From: Octopus sinensis
Lineage: Eukaryota
Reading direction: 5' to 3'
Assembly (NCBI RefSeq): GCF_006345805.1
Contig: NW_021827984.1
Coordinates: 1-9,641, forward strand
DNA: 9,641 nucleotides
Notes under the pieces: model-generated
Told to the model about the DNA's origin: nothing
Seen by the model: only the letters and a program-made list of their open reading frames with translations
Database searches by the model: none
Position numbers and translations under genes: made by a program
Part shown: piece by piece, positions 8,798-9,641 of the stretch
Layout of the letters: each line of letters opens with the position of its first letter
Numbering within the stretch: the stretch's first letter is position 1

Positions 8798-8850
8798 CAT
8801 ACATATATATAAATATATTATATATATATATATATATTATATATATATAA
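8400..8850. repeat. Extremely AT-rich low-complexity tract including (AAAT)n and (TA)n
   Basis: Directly visible. Confidence 0.85.
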
Positions 8851-8899
8851 GCAATAATAAATCTGTGAACGAGATATAAACAGTCAATGCACGACAATA

Positions 8900-9301
8900 T
8901 GAGGTATATTGCCATCTCAATATGGCTAACCACTAAGGGTGGGTGTTACTGTAGCTTGTAGCCCCAGGAGAACATCTCCTCCAGCTGGCTATAGGCACAA
9001 TTCCTGTGCCCTGTCGGTATTTGCAAAGGGAGTTACTGGAAAAAGGATATTAATATTTGCATTGGGAACTCCTTTCATCGAAAACCGGTGATTGTCGTAC
9101 GCTGATGACGGGTCAATACCCAGAAACTGCAGTCCGTGCGTATCACTTAGGTTGACGAGGAAGGGATGACCTCCCTTTGCAAATACCGATAGGGCACAGA
9201 AAGTGTGCCTATAGCCAGGTGGAGATGTTCTCCGGGGGCTACAAGCTACAGTAACACCCACCCTTAGTGGTTAGCCATATTGAGATAGCAAGTATACCTC
9301 A
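8900..9301. mobile_element. Foldback element with ~130 bp terminal inverted repeats enclosing a hammerhead ribozyme
   Basis: 8901-9032 aligns with the reverse complement of 9171-9300 with 6 substitutions and 2 small indels by manual alignment, including a 52-bp perfect run (8914-8965). Confidence 0.9.
9088..9146 (+). ncRNA. Type I hammerhead ribozyme (predicted cleavage 3' of C9134, GUC triplet)
   Basis: Stem I CGUACG(9096-9101)/CGUGCG(9135-9140); core CUGAUGA (9102-9108); stem II C-GGGU[CAAU]ACCC-A (9109-9122); GAAA (9123-9126); stem III AC[UGCA]GU; C17 = 9134. Stem I continues past an internal loop as GUGAU(9088-9092)/AUCAC(9142-9146). Confidence 0.88.
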
Positions 9302-9323
9302 CACACACACGCACACACATATA

Positions 9324-9364
<41 letters not shown>

Positions 9365-9380
9365 TATTAATATATATATT
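9300..9380. repeat. (CA)n then (TA)n microsatellite
   Basis: Directly visible. Confidence 0.92.
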
Positions 9381-9620
9381 AGCATAAACAACAAACACGT
9401 GTATTAGTTTAACGCTCAGTGAGTGACAAAGTCCTTTTGCGTTTCGAGCCTACGCTCTTCGACAGAAAGGAACACAGAAATAAGCAGAGAAAGAAAATAA
9501 AAAAAAAGGTTTAGTGGCTAGCGATCAATCATGGCAAATGCCGGACAAAGGTTATCAGACAGGAAAGCTAGAAAGAAGGGATGATAATCAAGTAGTGGTG
9601 ATCCCAAAACTAAGGTGCGC
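9381..9620 (-). mobile_element. Penelope-like terminal-repeat fragment (copy D, best preserved)
   Basis: Aligns with copy B (1760-1890) and carries the minimal HHR-like motif. The distal boundary is uncertain. Confidence 0.75.
9433..9470 (-). ncRNA. Minimal hammerhead-like motif (variant core), probably inactivated in this copy
   Basis: The minus strand reads CCUUU CUGUCGA A GAGC[GUAG]GCUC GAAAC GCA AAAGG: 5-bp stem I, perfect 4-bp stem II, and GCA in place of the GUA found in copy B. Confidence 0.65.
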
Positions 9621-9641
9621 GTACGTATGTATGCGAGAGAG

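Noticed and set aside
157-8933. Most listed ORFs (HT/YI/CV/MYVC-rich translations)
   Set aside because: They are read-throughs of (CA)n, (TA)n and (CATA)n microsatellites that lack stops in some frames; no domain-like sequence.
8989-9261. 90-aa minus-strand ORF inside the foldback element
   Set aside because: No recognisable transposase, RT or other motif. It overlaps the TIRs and the antisense of the ribozyme, and its length is compatible with chance in GC-richer sequence.

Overview
Non-coding, AT-rich animal genomic DNA (intergenic or intronic). The tRNA-derived SINEs match families I recall from octopus/coleoid cephalopod genomes; this is recall, not a database search. No credible protein-coding gene is present: the listed ORFs are microsatellite read-throughs or spurious frames over repeats. 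The window is a mosaic of (TA)n/(CATA)n/(GT)n microsatellites, about nine SINE copies or fragments, four fragments of a Penelope-like terminal repeat carrying minimal hammerhead-like motifs, and three palindromic foldback (MITE-like) elements. The most striking feature is at 8900-9301: a ~400 bp foldback element with ~130 bp near-identical inverted arms. Its central loop holds a well-formed type I hammerhead ribozyme (CUGAUGA...GAAA...GUC, extended stem I, palindromic stem III).
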